A DNA stretch of 64,000 nucleotides from Polyangiaceae bacterium (GTDB lineage Bacteria > Myxococcota_A > Polyangia > Polyangiales > Polyangiaceae): NCBI GenBank assembly GCA_965222375.1, contig CBDCTZ010000011.1:512001-576000 (forward strand). Direction: 5' to 3'. The notes below the pieces were generated by a model. It worked only from the letters and a program-made list of their open reading frames with translations. It ran no database searches and was not told where the DNA came from. The position numbers were made by a program, and so were the translations under genes. Shown here piece by piece: positions 1-9,657 of the stretch (its first letter is position 1; each line of letters begins with the position of its first letter).

Positions 1-357
1 GCCCGTATCGGTCTCCGCTCCGCGCAGTTGCCGAAAAAAGGAAGACTCCGTTGAGCGAGGCGCAAGGGGAGAGGACAGTTGGGGGACAACGCGATGCGTT
101 ACCTGCGAAACGCTAACCAGAACGGAGGCGCTGAACGCCACGATAGCGTGAGGTCTTGCGCCTGGATGGCACGAGCGTCGGCGCGTGGGGGGGGGCCAAT
201 ACGCCTCGCCGCCCTCAGGACACCATTCCATAAGGGCGGCCAATCGGCATGGGATTGGCTGTCTGCTGGCAGGGGTACGGGGCGAGGTTACAACGATACC
301 CCTGTGCGCCCCGCCTGTCCATTCGGCCGCCCCCGTGTCATAGTCTCAAGCAGAAGT

Positions 358-386
358 GCCCCCGCGCTGCGACAACAGCCGGGGGC
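358..386 (+). promoter_or_regulatory. GC-rich leader hairpin upstream of the RBS of ORF 419
   Basis: GCCCCCG-CGCTG-CGACAA-CAGC-CGGGGGC stem-loop, followed by AAGGAGG. Confidence 0.4.
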
Positions 387-418
387 GTGGCCAGAACCTA
401 CGAAGGAGGTCTGACGCG

Positions 419-730
419 ATGACGCGTACCATCCATTACACCCGTGTCGAAGCCGCAACCCTCGAACGCGACGCAAGTCGCGTGTTTGACGGTGCGGCAG
501 AGGAAGCCCAAGTCTTGGAACACATTGGCCGCACGGCCTACGCCGCTGCGACGGAGGACGCCTTCCAAGACGCAGACGACGCCGACCTGGACCAGCGAGC
601 CAGCCAGCTGAGCGGATGCGCTCTGCACGCCTTGTCCGTCGCGCTCGGCCTGGCGACGCACGCCGGTCGCCTCAGGCAGCTCGCGGACATCCGCCGCGCC
701 GACATCGATCGGCTCAGCGACGACGAGTAG
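419..730 (+). CDS. hypothetical helical protein (103 aa)
   Basis: Strong RBS GAAGGAGG before ATG 419; GTGGC-TTCG-GCCAC hairpin after the stop. Confidence 0.7.
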   Translation: MTRTIHYTRVEAATLERDASRVFDGAAEEAQVLEHIGRTAYAAATEDAFQDADDADLDQRASQLSGCALHALSVALGLATHAGRLRQLADIRRADIDRLSDDE

Positions 731-808
731 GCGCCGGCCAGCGCGAGTGGCTTCGGCCACCGGGGGGGGCTGGACCCAGGCCGAGGCAAGGCGGCTCCCT
801 GACCCGCG

Positions 809-1120
809 CTACCGCGGCTTTCGCTTCCGGATGACGCGAGTTGGCTTCCTTCCGGTCTTCGGGGGCTGGACGTCCAGGCTATCCAGATCGAGACGAGGAC
901 CGGGCTCGACGTCAACCAGGTCTGCGACCTTGACCTTCAGCGCCTTGGCTATCGCCAGCAGCGTATCGAGAGACGGGTTGCGGCCACCGCGTTCGACCTC
1001 TGCGAAATAGCGAAACGTCAGCCCAACCTTGAACGCGGCGTCCGCTTGCGTCCAACCGAGGCGCCAGCGGGCTTTCTTGATCCGGGCGGCAACTTTTCGT
1101 CGAAAAACGGTAGGGCTCAC
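809..1120 (-). CDS. XRE/Cro-C1 family HTH transcriptional regulator
   Basis: IKKARWRLGWTQADAAFKVGLTFRYFAEVERGGRNPSLDTLLAIAKAL HTH_3 pattern. Confidence 0.9.
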   Translation of the reverse strand: MSPTVFRRKVAARIKKARWRLGWTQADAAFKVGLTFRYFAEVERGGRNPSLDTLLAIAKALKVKVADLVDVEPGPRLDLDSLDVQPPKTGRKPTRVIRKRKPR

Positions 1121-1154
1121 CCACCAACGAGACGCCAGCGTGCTTCGATAACGT

Positions 1155-1168
1155 TACCCACTCGGGTA
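1155..1168. promoter_or_regulatory. candidate operator palindrome upstream of the XRE gene
   Basis: TACCC-ACTC-GGGTA. Confidence 0.35.
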
Positions 1169-1170
1169 GT

Positions 1171-1866
1171 ATGTGTTTATTGGGACAAGAAACCGTGGAT
1201 TCCGCCACCGAAGCCGTTGATCCGATGCTGATGCGCGCCAAAGCGCGCGTTGGGCGCACGCTCAGGGGCAAGTGGCATCTGGACGTGCTGCTCGGGGTCG
1301 GAGGCATGGCGGCGGTGTACGCAGCCACTCACCGAAACGGCTCGCGTGCGGCGATCAAGGTTCTCCACCCCGAACTGGGCCTGCACAACGATGTGCGCTC
1401 TCGATTCTTCCGCGAGGGCAAAGTGGCGAACACCATCCAACATGACGGGGCAGTTCGCGTCCTGGACGAAGATGATGACGACGGCGCTGTCTTCCTGGTC
1501 ATGGAGTTGCTGGACGGTGAGACCGTTGAAAGTCGGGCGGCGCGCTGCGGTGGAGCGCTCCCGGTTGACGAAGTCTTGGCTCTGGTTGACCAGGTGCTCG
1601 ACGTGTTGATCGCGGCGCATGCAAAGGGCGTTGTTCACCGTGACCTCAAGCCAGAGAATCTGTTCCTGACGCGCACAGGTGAGGTCAAACTGCTTGATTT
1701 CGGAATTGCACGCCTGCGCGAACTCTCCACGCACAGCACCGCGACCCGTGACGGCTCCACCATGGGTACGCCTGCGTTCATGGCTCCAGAGCAGGCTAGG
1801 GGTCTTTGGGATGAAGTGGATGGGCGCACAGACCTCTGGGCGGTGGGAGCCACCATGTTCACGTTG
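1171..1866 (+). pseudogene. Ser/Thr protein kinase, 3'-truncated
   Basis: LGVGGMAAVY, AIK, HRDLKPENL, DFG, APE, DLWAVG motifs; homology stops at GATMFTL, where VOC-gene sequence begins. Confidence 0.85.
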
Positions 1867-2351
1867 CCGATCCGGCCGCAGCGAAGAAGTTCTACAGAGG
1901 GCTCTTCGGCTGGAAGTTCGAAGACATGAAAATGCCGGACGGCAACGTCTACAGCATGTTCAAGGCCTCTGCCGATGAAGGCGGCGGCATCCAGAAGTCA
2001 CCAATGCCCGGCACGCCGAACGCTTGGCTGCAATACATCGGCGTTCCGTCCGTGAAGAAGGCGATGGCCAAGGTCAAGAAGCTGGGCGGCAAGGTTGTCG
2101 TGCCCTTCATGCCCGTGCCTGGCCACGGCGCTCTCGGCATTTTCCTTGATCCGACTGGTGCCAGCTGCGCCGTGTGGGAGGCCTCCGCGCCCACGCCAAA
2201 GAAGGCATCCAAGAAGAAGGCTTCCAAGAAGCGAGTCGCGAAGAAGGCCGGCGCCAAGAAGAAGGCGACCCGGAAGCCCGCGAAAAAGAAGACGGCGAAG
2301 CGCCCCGCAAAGAAGGCTGCGAAGCGCCGCGCGAAGAAGCGCGCGCGCTAG
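1866..2351 (+). pseudogene. VOC/glyoxalase family protein, 5'-truncated, with Lys/Ala-rich tail
   Basis: The frame reads DPAAAKKFYRGLFGWKFEDM...WLQYIGV...GGKVV...DPTGA..VWE; the first strand and native start are missing. Confidence 0.8.
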
Positions 2352-2377
2352 GTCAGTCCGAATACGCACCATCGGTC
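2298..2377 (+). repeat. 80-bp direct repeat copy 1 (VOC 3' end plus downstream)
   Basis: Matches 4611-4690 with about 10 mismatches. Confidence 0.9.
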
Positions 2378-2399
2378 GGCGTTCACGCCAATTCCACCC

Positions 2400-2560
2400 C
2401 AGGGCAGCCGGCCTGCGCTGGCGGCGAGGGCGAGTCGATCGCTCAGTTCCCATCTGACGCCCCAACGGTTTCCCGTCGTCAGCATGTCGCCGGGATCCGT
2501 GTTCAGCTCGAGGGCCGGGCGCAAGGCCCAGGACGACGGCCCCTCGACCAGCGCGAGCAG
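2400..2560 (-). pseudogene. diverged fragment of the 5691-6386 gene
   Basis: AGGGCGAGTCGATCGCTCAG...ATGTCGCCGGGATCC...CCAGGACGACGGCCCCTCGA is shared with ~5750-5905. Confidence 0.85.
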
Positions 2561-2649
2561 GTGTGTATGGAACTTTCGGTCTCGGTCCCGCGAAGATCAA
2601 AGACGGCGACGCCGACCGCGCGGATGGGGTGCAGTGAGCATCGTGGGCT

Positions 2650-3266
2650 TCGGTGTGTTCTACGAACCGTTGCGCTTCGGGAAGTTTCGCTACTTCGGCG
2701 TGCTCTCGAGCCACAGCCGCCCATCGGTCAGACGTTGTCCCGGCGCAGGCTGACCCAAAGCGCTTCGCCCCCGCGCCCGCCTCGGGCGACCAGCTCGAGC
2801 TGCTCGAAGCGCAAACCAAAAAACGCTCGCGATGGGGTTGGCTCCTCCGCCACGTGTTTCGCGCCGACGTCGAAACTTGCAGTCACTGCGGCGGACCGAT
2901 GCGACGCGCTTCGCGATACCCGAAGGGGTGATGGGTCGAGGCGGCCACGACCCCCGGCGCCATCGCCCGCTTGCTCGCCGAGCAGGATGGGCTCGGCCCG
3001 CGAGCACCACCGAGGGCATCGGCAGCTGAGGCATTCGGGCAGCTCGAGTTCCCATTCGCGAGTGGCTGACCGCTCCAGCGAGCAGCTCGGGCAGGCCTGC
3101 GCGCCGTCGCCCGCCGGAGCTCCGCTTCGCTCACGCATCTCCGCCAAGCCGACTTGACATCGCAAGCTGGCCCGCCTTGAGCGATGCTGTCTCCAAGATA
3201 CCAGCCTGCTGGCCTACTTTGGCGTTTTCGGCGTTTCCGTAAATCCGCGGTTCGTTCTTCCTATGC
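2650..3266 (+). mobile_element. IS91/ISCR-like rolling-circle transposase C-terminal remnant with oriIS-like end
   Basis: Frameshifted FRYFGVLSSHS...RWGWLLRHVFRADVETCSHCGGPMR...AIARLL...QLEFPF (stop 3067-3069); terminal GCGGTTCGTTCTTCCTATGC (3247-3266) resembles oriIS ends of the ..TTCCTAT.. type. Confidence 0.7.
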
Positions 3267-3530
3267 GTACAAGCGGCTGCCGGTGACCACGGCGATGCCC
3301 ACGCGCGCATCACCGGCGAAAGCGCAGGCCGCTCCCAATGGCGGAGAAGGCGGCGCCCCGCCAGCTTCAAGGCAAAGGGGTGAACCTGCGAAACCAGCTG
3401 CCCCCCAGTGCCGCTGACGCCACCGGTGCCCCCGGTTGCGCCGCCTCCGACACCGCCAGGTCCATCCGCTAACCGTAAGGGGCTCCGGGAGCCACACGCC
3501 ACCGGCATCAGCAGCGGCGCTACCATCGGC
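3267..3530 (-). pseudogene. remnant of a Gly-rich lipoprotein abutting the IS end
   Basis: LLMPVACGSRSPL..GGVGGGATGGTGG, then loss of frame. Confidence 0.4.
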
Positions 3531-3572
3531 GCGACGACCACCCTTGAAGGCAAGCGGCAGGACTCTTCTTGG

Positions 3573-4220
3573 TCACGGACAAGACGGCGCACAGGTCTTG
3601 TAGGCCGGGGCGAAGATATCCTTACAGCACTTGGGCGCCGCGCTCGGACAGTCTTGGTCGCCGGCGCACATCACGCCGAAGTTGCCGCAGTCCGCCTCGC
3701 ACTTGGAAGCGCGCGTAATGTCGCCAAAGTTGGCGCAACACTGCTGACCCGCCGGACAGTCGCTGGGGCCGTCACACACCAATTGATTCTGTCCAGGAGC
3801 GCACTGTGCCGCCTGATGGCATGCGAGATTTCCAGGGTTGTTTGAACAACAAACCTGGCCCTGATTGGCGTTACAGGTCTGTGTGCCACACAGGACTTTG
3901 CCCGCTCCGGGATCGCCCCCAGCCCCGCCTGCGCCCGCTGCTCCGCTAGCACCACCGCTAGCGCCTACGCCTCCACCACCGGCAGCGCCCCCTCCGCCCA
4001 CGGCTCCCGAGCCGGCCGCACCGCCCGTGGCGCCTCCACTACCGCCGCTCGCTTCGGAGCCCGCGGCACCGCCGCTTGCGCCACCTGAACCACCACCGCC
4101 GCCGCTACCCGCGAGGGCACCGCTGCCGGCGGTACCGCCCGAACCGCTCCCCGACGAACTACATCCAAGAGCCAACAAAAAGCTTGCCCAACCCACACAC
4201 CACGTCTTCAAACCAAGCAT
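3573..4220 (-). CDS. lipoprotein with Gly/Ser linker and Cys-rich C-terminus
   Basis: Lipobox ALGC; GGxGG linker; QVCC/QQCC/KCC motifs. Confidence 0.85.
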   Translation of the reverse strand: MLGLKTWCVGWASFLLALGCSSSGSGSGGTAGSGALAGSGGGGGSGGASGGAAGSEASGGSGGATGGAAGSGAVGGGGAAGGGGVGASGGASGAAGAGGAGGDPGAGKVLCGTQTCNANQGQVCCSNNPGNLACHQAAQCAPGQNQLVCDGPSDCPAGQQCCANFGDITRASKCEADCGNFGVMCAGDQDCPSAAPKCCKDIFAPAYKTCAPSCP

Positions 4221-4359
4221 GCGTTACCTCAACCTATTCGCGCGCTCGTCAGCGAACCTTGAACGAAGAACACCTTAGCTGGGCCCCCAGAGGGCGCCAA
4301 CGCCTGTGAGTCTTGTTGAGAAAGCCCTCGGGAACCGGCTCGCTCATGGTGAGATCCGG

Positions 4360-4491
4360 TCACCAGCTACACACCTTCACGGGGAAGGCCCCTCCCGCGC
4401 CGAACTGTTGATACGGCTTGCACGCCGTCGCGCACGAAGGACAGGCCGTGATCGCCGAAGCCAAGCCCAGCGCAGTCCATGCTCGAGTCAT
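4360..4491 (-). pseudogene. short lipoprotein-like ORF or remnant (MTRAWTALGLASAITACPSCATACKPYQQFG..)
   Basis: GGAGGG RBS and signal-like N-terminus; only 43 aa. Confidence 0.3.
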
Positions 4492-4610
4492 TTCGCCATC
4501 CCTCCATAATCAAGAAGTAAGAAGCGCTCAGTGTAGCACCGCGATCCAACGAAACCATTAAGCTACTTCTATTGTTTTGCATTTGATCCGTTGGCGCTTG
4601 GGCCGCCGCA

Positions 4611-4690
4611 AAGCGTCCCGCCAAGAAGGCGGCGAAGCGCCGCGCGAAGAAGCGCGCGCGCTAGGCCAGTTCGAATGCGTGCCACGGGTC
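4611..4690 (+). repeat. 80-bp direct repeat copy 2 (orphan VOC 3' end)
   Basis: Encodes KRPAKKAAKRRAKKRAR* like copy 1; coding mismatches are synonymous. Confidence 0.9.
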
Positions 4691-4864
4691 ACACCGGGTT
4701 GCTGTTTCAGCCTCTGCAGACAGGTGTAACGCTGCAGTTGTGCAGATTCTGCTCAACGAAGAATTGTCGAAGCATACCGATGGCTTGCGCGTGTACAGTT
4801 TCGCTCGTTCAGGTGTTTGCTAGCCAGCAGCGCATAGACCTGACGCGAGCTAGACTGAGTGCCA

Positions 4865-5611
4865 ATGACGTTGAAACGATGTGGTTGTGCTCGTGATCGT
4901 CTTCCTTCTCGGTACCGGGACCCCGAACTGCAGCTCCGGCGGTGGTTCCGGCGGCGGCGCACTGAACGGCGAGCAAGCGTGCCGGGCCGCTTGCGACCAG
5001 ATTGCGGCGCTGCGCTGCCCCGGGCCTCTCGATTCCTCAATCAACTCCGCATGCCAGGGCGGCTGCGACGACATCGTCAATGCGAGCAAGTATTCTCAGT
5101 GTGAAGCACTCGTCAGTGCATACTACACTTGTGTTGCGTCGCCTGGGAACATCCGCTGTGATGGTTCGGACGCTTTCGAAACCGTGAATGACTGTACCGC
5201 GGAACTCGATGCGTCGAACGACTGCACGGCCGAGTGCCCCCCAGATTACCCCATTCGCTGCGGAGATGGATTCTGTTGCCCGTCCCACGCACCAATCTGC
5301 CGTGGCAACGGCCTGTGCGCCGCGGCGCCCGGCGGTAGTGGCGGCGTAGGCGCGACAGGTCGTGCGGGCGCGACAGCGCGACAGGTGGTGCGGGCGCGAC
5401 GGGTGGCGTAGGCGCCACGGGTGGCATCGCTGGTACTGGCGGCGCTCGCGCGTCCGGTGGCAGTGGCGGCGTTAGCGCGACCGGTGGAGCCACGGCCAGC
5501 TGTGTCGGCTTTTGCGGAACCTCCACCCAGATTGCCGGCGTTTGCTACTGCGACGTCGATTGCAAGCAGTACAGCGATTGCTGTGCCGACTACGATCAAA
5601 TCTGTTCTTGA
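4865..5611 (+). pseudogene. Cys-rich lipoprotein with C-terminal somatomedin-B-like domain, frameshifted
   Basis: ORF 4881-5411 continues after a shift in the Gly linker as SCVGFCG..CYCDVDCKQYSDCCADYDQICS*. Confidence 0.7.
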
Positions 5612-5690
5612 GCGCGCGGACTCATCGAGAGCGTGCAGCCGGTGAACTCGGTGTTCGGTCTCGGAGTCGCACCTAGTTCGGGCGCAATTG

Positions 5691-6386
5691 TCATTCGAGC
5701 GTCGACCAACTGAGCCCAAAGCCGTACTCCGTCGCGGCATCAGGCTGGTGCAGCCGGGCGGCACCGGCGGCTAGGGCGAGTCGATCGCTCAGCTCCCAAA
5801 TCACGCCCCAACGGCTACCCGTTGTCAGGATGTCGCCGGGATCCATGTACAGCTCGACGGCCGGGCGCAAGACCCAGGACGACGGCCCCTCGATCATCGC
5901 GAGCAATTCGGGCGCCACCGCACCCTCGGCGTCGCGCGAAGTTGCGCCATTCAGGTGCAGCGTCGCCCAGGACCACTCGCGTGATAGCGCAAGCGCGCTG
6001 CGCACCTCGCTGGCACTCGGCAGCTCCCAGCTGACCTCGAGTGCCGCGCCGAAACCCTCCGCACCCTGCAGCGAACCCGGCACGAGCAAGCGCTTCACCG
6101 CAATTGAACGACCAACGAAACGATGCGGCAAGGCAACCTCGCCCAGGGGCGATTGCTCGCCGCCGATCCCGACTTCCCAATTCCGCGATAGCCCCATCGC
6201 CAAGGCGAGGGGAGCCGCGCCGTCGACGCCGGATTCTGCGCTGGTCTCTCCTTCCACGTCGCCCGCGCCCACCACGTCGGCGCCTGTCGCCGCGAAGAAT
6301 TGTGCGGAGGTCACTGGGCTCCAACAAAGAGCCACAAAGGCGGACAGACCCCCCAATCCCAATCTCGCGGTTCGAGCCATTTTCAT
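5691..6386 (-). CDS. secreted putative outer-membrane beta-barrel protein
   Basis: Signal peptide, alternating amphipathic strands, YGFGLSW near the C-terminus. Confidence 0.65.
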   Translation of the reverse strand: MKMARTARLGLGGLSAFVALCWSPVTSAQFFAATGADVVGAGDVEGETSAESGVDGAAPLALAMGLSRNWEVGIGGEQSPLGEVALPHRFVGRSIAVKRLLVPGSLQGAEGFGAALEVSWELPSASEVRSALALSREWSWATLHLNGATSRDAEGAVAPELLAMIEGPSSWVLRPAVELYMDPGDILTTGSRWGVIWELSDRLALAAGAARLHQPDAATEYGFGLSWSTLE

Positions 6387-6444
6387 GCTTTACGACCGAG
6401 GTCCAGGCTCGGATCGGCGCAATCCGCTTCGGTTTAGCCGATCT

Positions 6445-6903
6445 TCAGGCTCTGCTTTGGCACCCCTCAACGACCGCTGAGGGGTGCGGTCCAGGCGGAC
6501 CCGTAAAAAAAATGATCTGCGGCATTGGTGCGTTGTTGGCGGTGAGTGCGTCGGCTGCGCAGGCCGCACCACCCAAGAAGAAGCCCCCGCAAAGGCTGCC
6601 TGCTTTGCAGAGCGGATACACGCCCGTGATGATCACGTCGTAGGTCCAGGCGTATCCCAGCTCGATGGGGTCGATGCGCATGTCGGGCCCGGTCGTTCCT
6701 CCAGTGCCGCCTCCCGCGCTGCCCCCGCCCGCGCCGCCCCCGGCACTGCCACCAAAGGCGCCAAAACCGCCCGCTGCTGCGCTGCCGCCACTTCCCGCGG
6801 CTCCACTAGGGCCCAGCCCGGCATCGTCCGAGCCTTCCCCGCACCCGCACAGGCCCACTGCCGCCAACGCGATTACCCAACAACTCGACTTCCGATCCAA
6901 CAT
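6445..6903 (-). pseudogene. Gly-rich lipoprotein, apparently truncated at ~6595 by an opposite-strand gene fragment
   Basis: Lipobox LCGC and linker, RIDPIELGYAWTYDV..., then the antisense of a + strand signal peptide (KKMICGIGALLAVSASAAQAAPPKKK). Confidence 0.55.
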
Positions 6904-6922
6904 AGCTCGTTCTCCAAAACGG

Positions 6923-7590
6923 CTACTTCTCACACTCGGAATAGAGCGCAGGAAGCAGCCAGTGCCAGTTGGGATCTTCGATGCGCGGGTAATACATCAC
7001 GAACGAGTAACACATCTCGTCGGCCGTACCCGGCCCGAAGCCCACTCCGTATTCGTGCGGGTTCTGCCACGCACACTTCGTTTCGACGTACTCACCTGGG
7101 GTCAGTACGTGATCGATCTTCGTCCAGCTCTGATAGTCAAAGTCCCAGCTGTCGACGCTGCCCAGGTCGACGGAACCACTCGACGTCAACGCGCGTCGAA
7201 ATGCTCTGCCCAAGCCGGTGTATGTGTGGAAAGGCGCCAAACAGCTTGGTGGTCGCGCCGTTCGGCGGCGCCCGCACTTTGTAGCTGAGTTCCGTCTTAC
7301 CGTGCGCCGGGATCGTGAACTCGTGGGCGCCGAAAGCCATGATGTCGGCGTCGAAGCTGCGCAACTCGGTCGTTGTGCACAGCCCAAAGCCGCTCGCATC
7401 TGCTTGCGGTGCGTCGGTGGCGTTGACGTAATGCAGCTGCACCACGAAATGCGCGTCGGCATCGGCCCCAAAGCCTACGTCCTGGGGTAGTTCTAGAGAT
7501 CCGGCGTCGGGCGCCCAGCCGTACACTACTCGCCACGAGGCCATGCCCGCACTGCTCGAGCACTCTTGGGGCGTGGATGAAAAGGCCTCA
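6923..7590 (-). pseudogene. copper type II ascorbate-dependent (PHM/DBH-like) monooxygenase, 5'-truncated and frameshifted
   Basis: YGWAP, VVQLHY, FPHIHRLG, WDFDYQ and DEMC motifs spread over two frames (shift near 7180). Confidence 0.8.
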
Positions 7591-7930
7591 TGAATCCGCT
7601 CCCGGCGCGGCAAACAACAGTTCGAGAATTGGCGAAACGACGGTCAAGTAGTAGGTGCTGGCGCAGTCCTGCGCGACTAGCTTGCGGCCAAGCTCGCGAT
7701 AGAAACCGATCCGCTGAGCCATGGGCGCCGCTGAGGTGCTCGGCTCGTGGGGCGCATTGGACAGCTTGTCGTACCACCACGACACTTCCATCTTCAGGAT
7801 GCGATTGCCGCCGGCCCGAGCCGCCAAGATCCAGAATTCCTTCTCGAAGGCTCGGAAATCGGCGTCGCTCCTGGTGGCCTCATCGAAGGCAAGGCTCAGC
7901 GCGTGCAGTGCTTCGTGGTCTTGCTCCGAA
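7588..7930 (-). pseudogene. GntR-type FCD domain fragment
   Basis: FRAFEKEFWILAARAGGNRIL motif; no N-terminus, abuts the 3' flank of the HNH gene. Confidence 0.55.
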
Positions 7931-8021
7931 CCGCGGTTTCCAGACGGGAGCGCAAGAGCGCGCCCGCGAGCAACCGCGCTACCCACAGGCCGTCGAGCGG
8001 TCTGCGAGCGCCGCGGGCCAT

Positions 8022-9257
8022 CTAGACGGCCCCGCGCGGGCGGTCGGGACGGGGAACTACTTCCTTGGACGGACACAGCAACACGAGCGCTTCCCGTAGC
8101 AGCCCTTCGACTTCCGGCCGTGATTCACGTTGTCGAAGTGCTTTCAGTGCGTCATTGACTTGCTTGCGCTGGAATCCCGACGCAATCAAGGCTTGCGCGG
8201 CCTTCGAATACGCTTGCGCCTCTCGCTGCTTGCGCCGAATGTGTTCTTCGCCGAACTCACGCCGGGCGGCATCTTGGTTATGGGGCTTGCATAGCAAGCA
8301 AAGGTTCTCTGCAGTGGACGGACCGCCACGGGCATGCGGATCGACGTGTTCTAGAGTCACGTAGCGCCGCTCGCTGCAACGCCGCCCGCGTTCGTCTACG
8401 AAAGTGCACTGATGGTCGTCACGGTTCCAAACCTCCCGAACCGCGGAGACCGGCACATGCCGCGACCCCTCCTTCAGTGGCCTGCGCTTTCGCGGCTTTT
8501 CGCTCATTGCGCCCTGACGTCGCTTGGTCTCCTTCGCGATGAGCTCATCCAAAGCACGCTCAAATATCTCTCCCAGGTCTCCCGGCGCGACCGCGTGACT
8601 GAGTAAGTTCTGTGCGTGCTCGAGCTTCGCGTGAAGCTCCGCGCTGGCCGTGAACTCCACGCGATAGCTCTGCGCTGAGAGCGGCTGCACCCGGCTTCGC
8701 ACGCCGTCTGTTCGTCCAGAGGTGGCGCTATCTGCGGACGGAATGCCATCCACTCGCTGGCTCGTCACAGGAGGTGCACCCTTCTGAGAACCGCTTGCGC
8801 TGGTCCCAGGACCGGTGAAATCCGCTCCTAGCGGAGTGATGCTCGGCAGCACGTCCGACCTGGGAAACCATCGGGCAACCACTAGCTCGATTTCGCGCCG
8901 CGTCTTGCCTCGGGCTTCGGCGAGTAGCGGACCCGCATTGTCTTCTGTCAGGTGCCCCGAGAGCAGAAACAGCCCGGTCAGATGGATGGACCCGCTCGTC
9001 AATTCGTCGAGGGTCTGCGGCAGCTCCCGATACAGACGCGCCACGCGCATTCGCTTCCGGGCAGCGTCCTCCGAGTAGCCGAGCCGTTCAACGCAGAACG
9101 CGTACAGGGAGGAGCAGGCCTCACGGAGGTAGAGCCTTCGACGGTCGACTTCTGCCAGGCAGACGATGACTTCGGCTATCGCCCGACGCTCCCGGGAGCG
9201 GAGCTCCGGCAGCTGCGCAAGGAGTTGTTCGTTGCTGAGCGAAGCGAGGGTGTCCAT
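8022..9257 (-). CDS. HNH endonuclease with DUF222-like N-terminus and RuvA-C-like tail (copy 1)
   Basis: LAEVDRRRLYLREACSSLYAFC; CTFVDERGRRC..LEHVDPHARGG..NLCLLCKPHN; ALIASGF..LLREAL. Confidence 0.9.
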   Translation of the reverse strand: MDTLASLSNEQLLAQLPELRSRERRAIAEVIVCLAEVDRRRLYLREACSSLYAFCVERLGYSEDAARKRMRVARLYRELPQTLDELTSGSIHLTGLFLLSGHLTEDNAGPLLAEARGKTRREIELVVARWFPRSDVLPSITPLGADFTGPGTSASGSQKGAPPVTSQRVDGIPSADSATSGRTDGVRSRVQPLSAQSYRVEFTASAELHAKLEHAQNLLSHAVAPGDLGEIFERALDELIAKETKRRQGAMSEKPRKRRPLKEGSRHVPVSAVREVWNRDDHQCTFVDERGRRCSERRYVTLEHVDPHARGGPSTAENLCLLCKPHNQDAARREFGEEHIRRKQREAQAYSKAAQALIASGFQRKQVNDALKALRQRESRPEVEGLLREALVLLCPSKEVVPRPDRPRGAV

Positions 9258-9445
9258 GTCTCTTGCGTAACACGCGTATTTTTGGCGTCACCATCAGCGT
9301 GCAGTTCGCGTTTCAGCGGAGCGATCGCGAGCAAACTCGTTTTGAAACCGAAACAACATTAGGCACCGGTGTGACGCGCACACCGAACACTCAATCGGCG
9401 TGTCGTCGCAAACGTCGCGCGCGCGTCCTAAAATCCGTCAAGCAC
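9258..9445 (-). other. conserved non-coding 5' module of HNH copy 1
   Basis: Shares CTTGCSTAACACGCGT..TTTGGC, GCGATCGCGA, CGAAAC, CGCGCGT and GTCAA in the same order as 37872-38060. Confidence 0.65.
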
Positions 9446-9506
9446 AAAAGTGTCGGCACGCGCAGAAAGTTGCGTTCGCAATTCACTCCACCTACTGATG
9501 AGCGCG

Positions 9507-9603
9507 GCGCCGGCGCTGCGGCGGAGCTGCGGACGTGGCGGGCCCCCCAAGGCCCGCCCGCAGCGGAGCCCCTTCCAGTCGGCTCCACGCCTGTCGCCGG
9601 CGC
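9507..9603. repeat. multi-hairpin GC-rich element (REP/MITE-like)
   Basis: GGCGGGCC/GGCCCGCC, GCTGCGG/CCGCAGC and GGAGCC/GGCTCC stems; closing GCGCCGGCG/CGCCGGCGC. Confidence 0.55.
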
Positions 9604-9657
9604 GAATCTCCGCAACTCCGCATCGCGGTCGCCGACAAGTTGTTCCCGCCCGGTGGG

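Noticed and set aside
7165..7177. 13-nt match to the reverse complement of the 47-bp repeat unit (GGTCGACGGAACC)
   Set aside because: Short, GC-rich and inside coding sequence; likely chance
8022..9257. IscB/Cas9-like or group II intron protein
   Set aside because: No RuvC, PLMP or reverse-transcriptase motifs are visible
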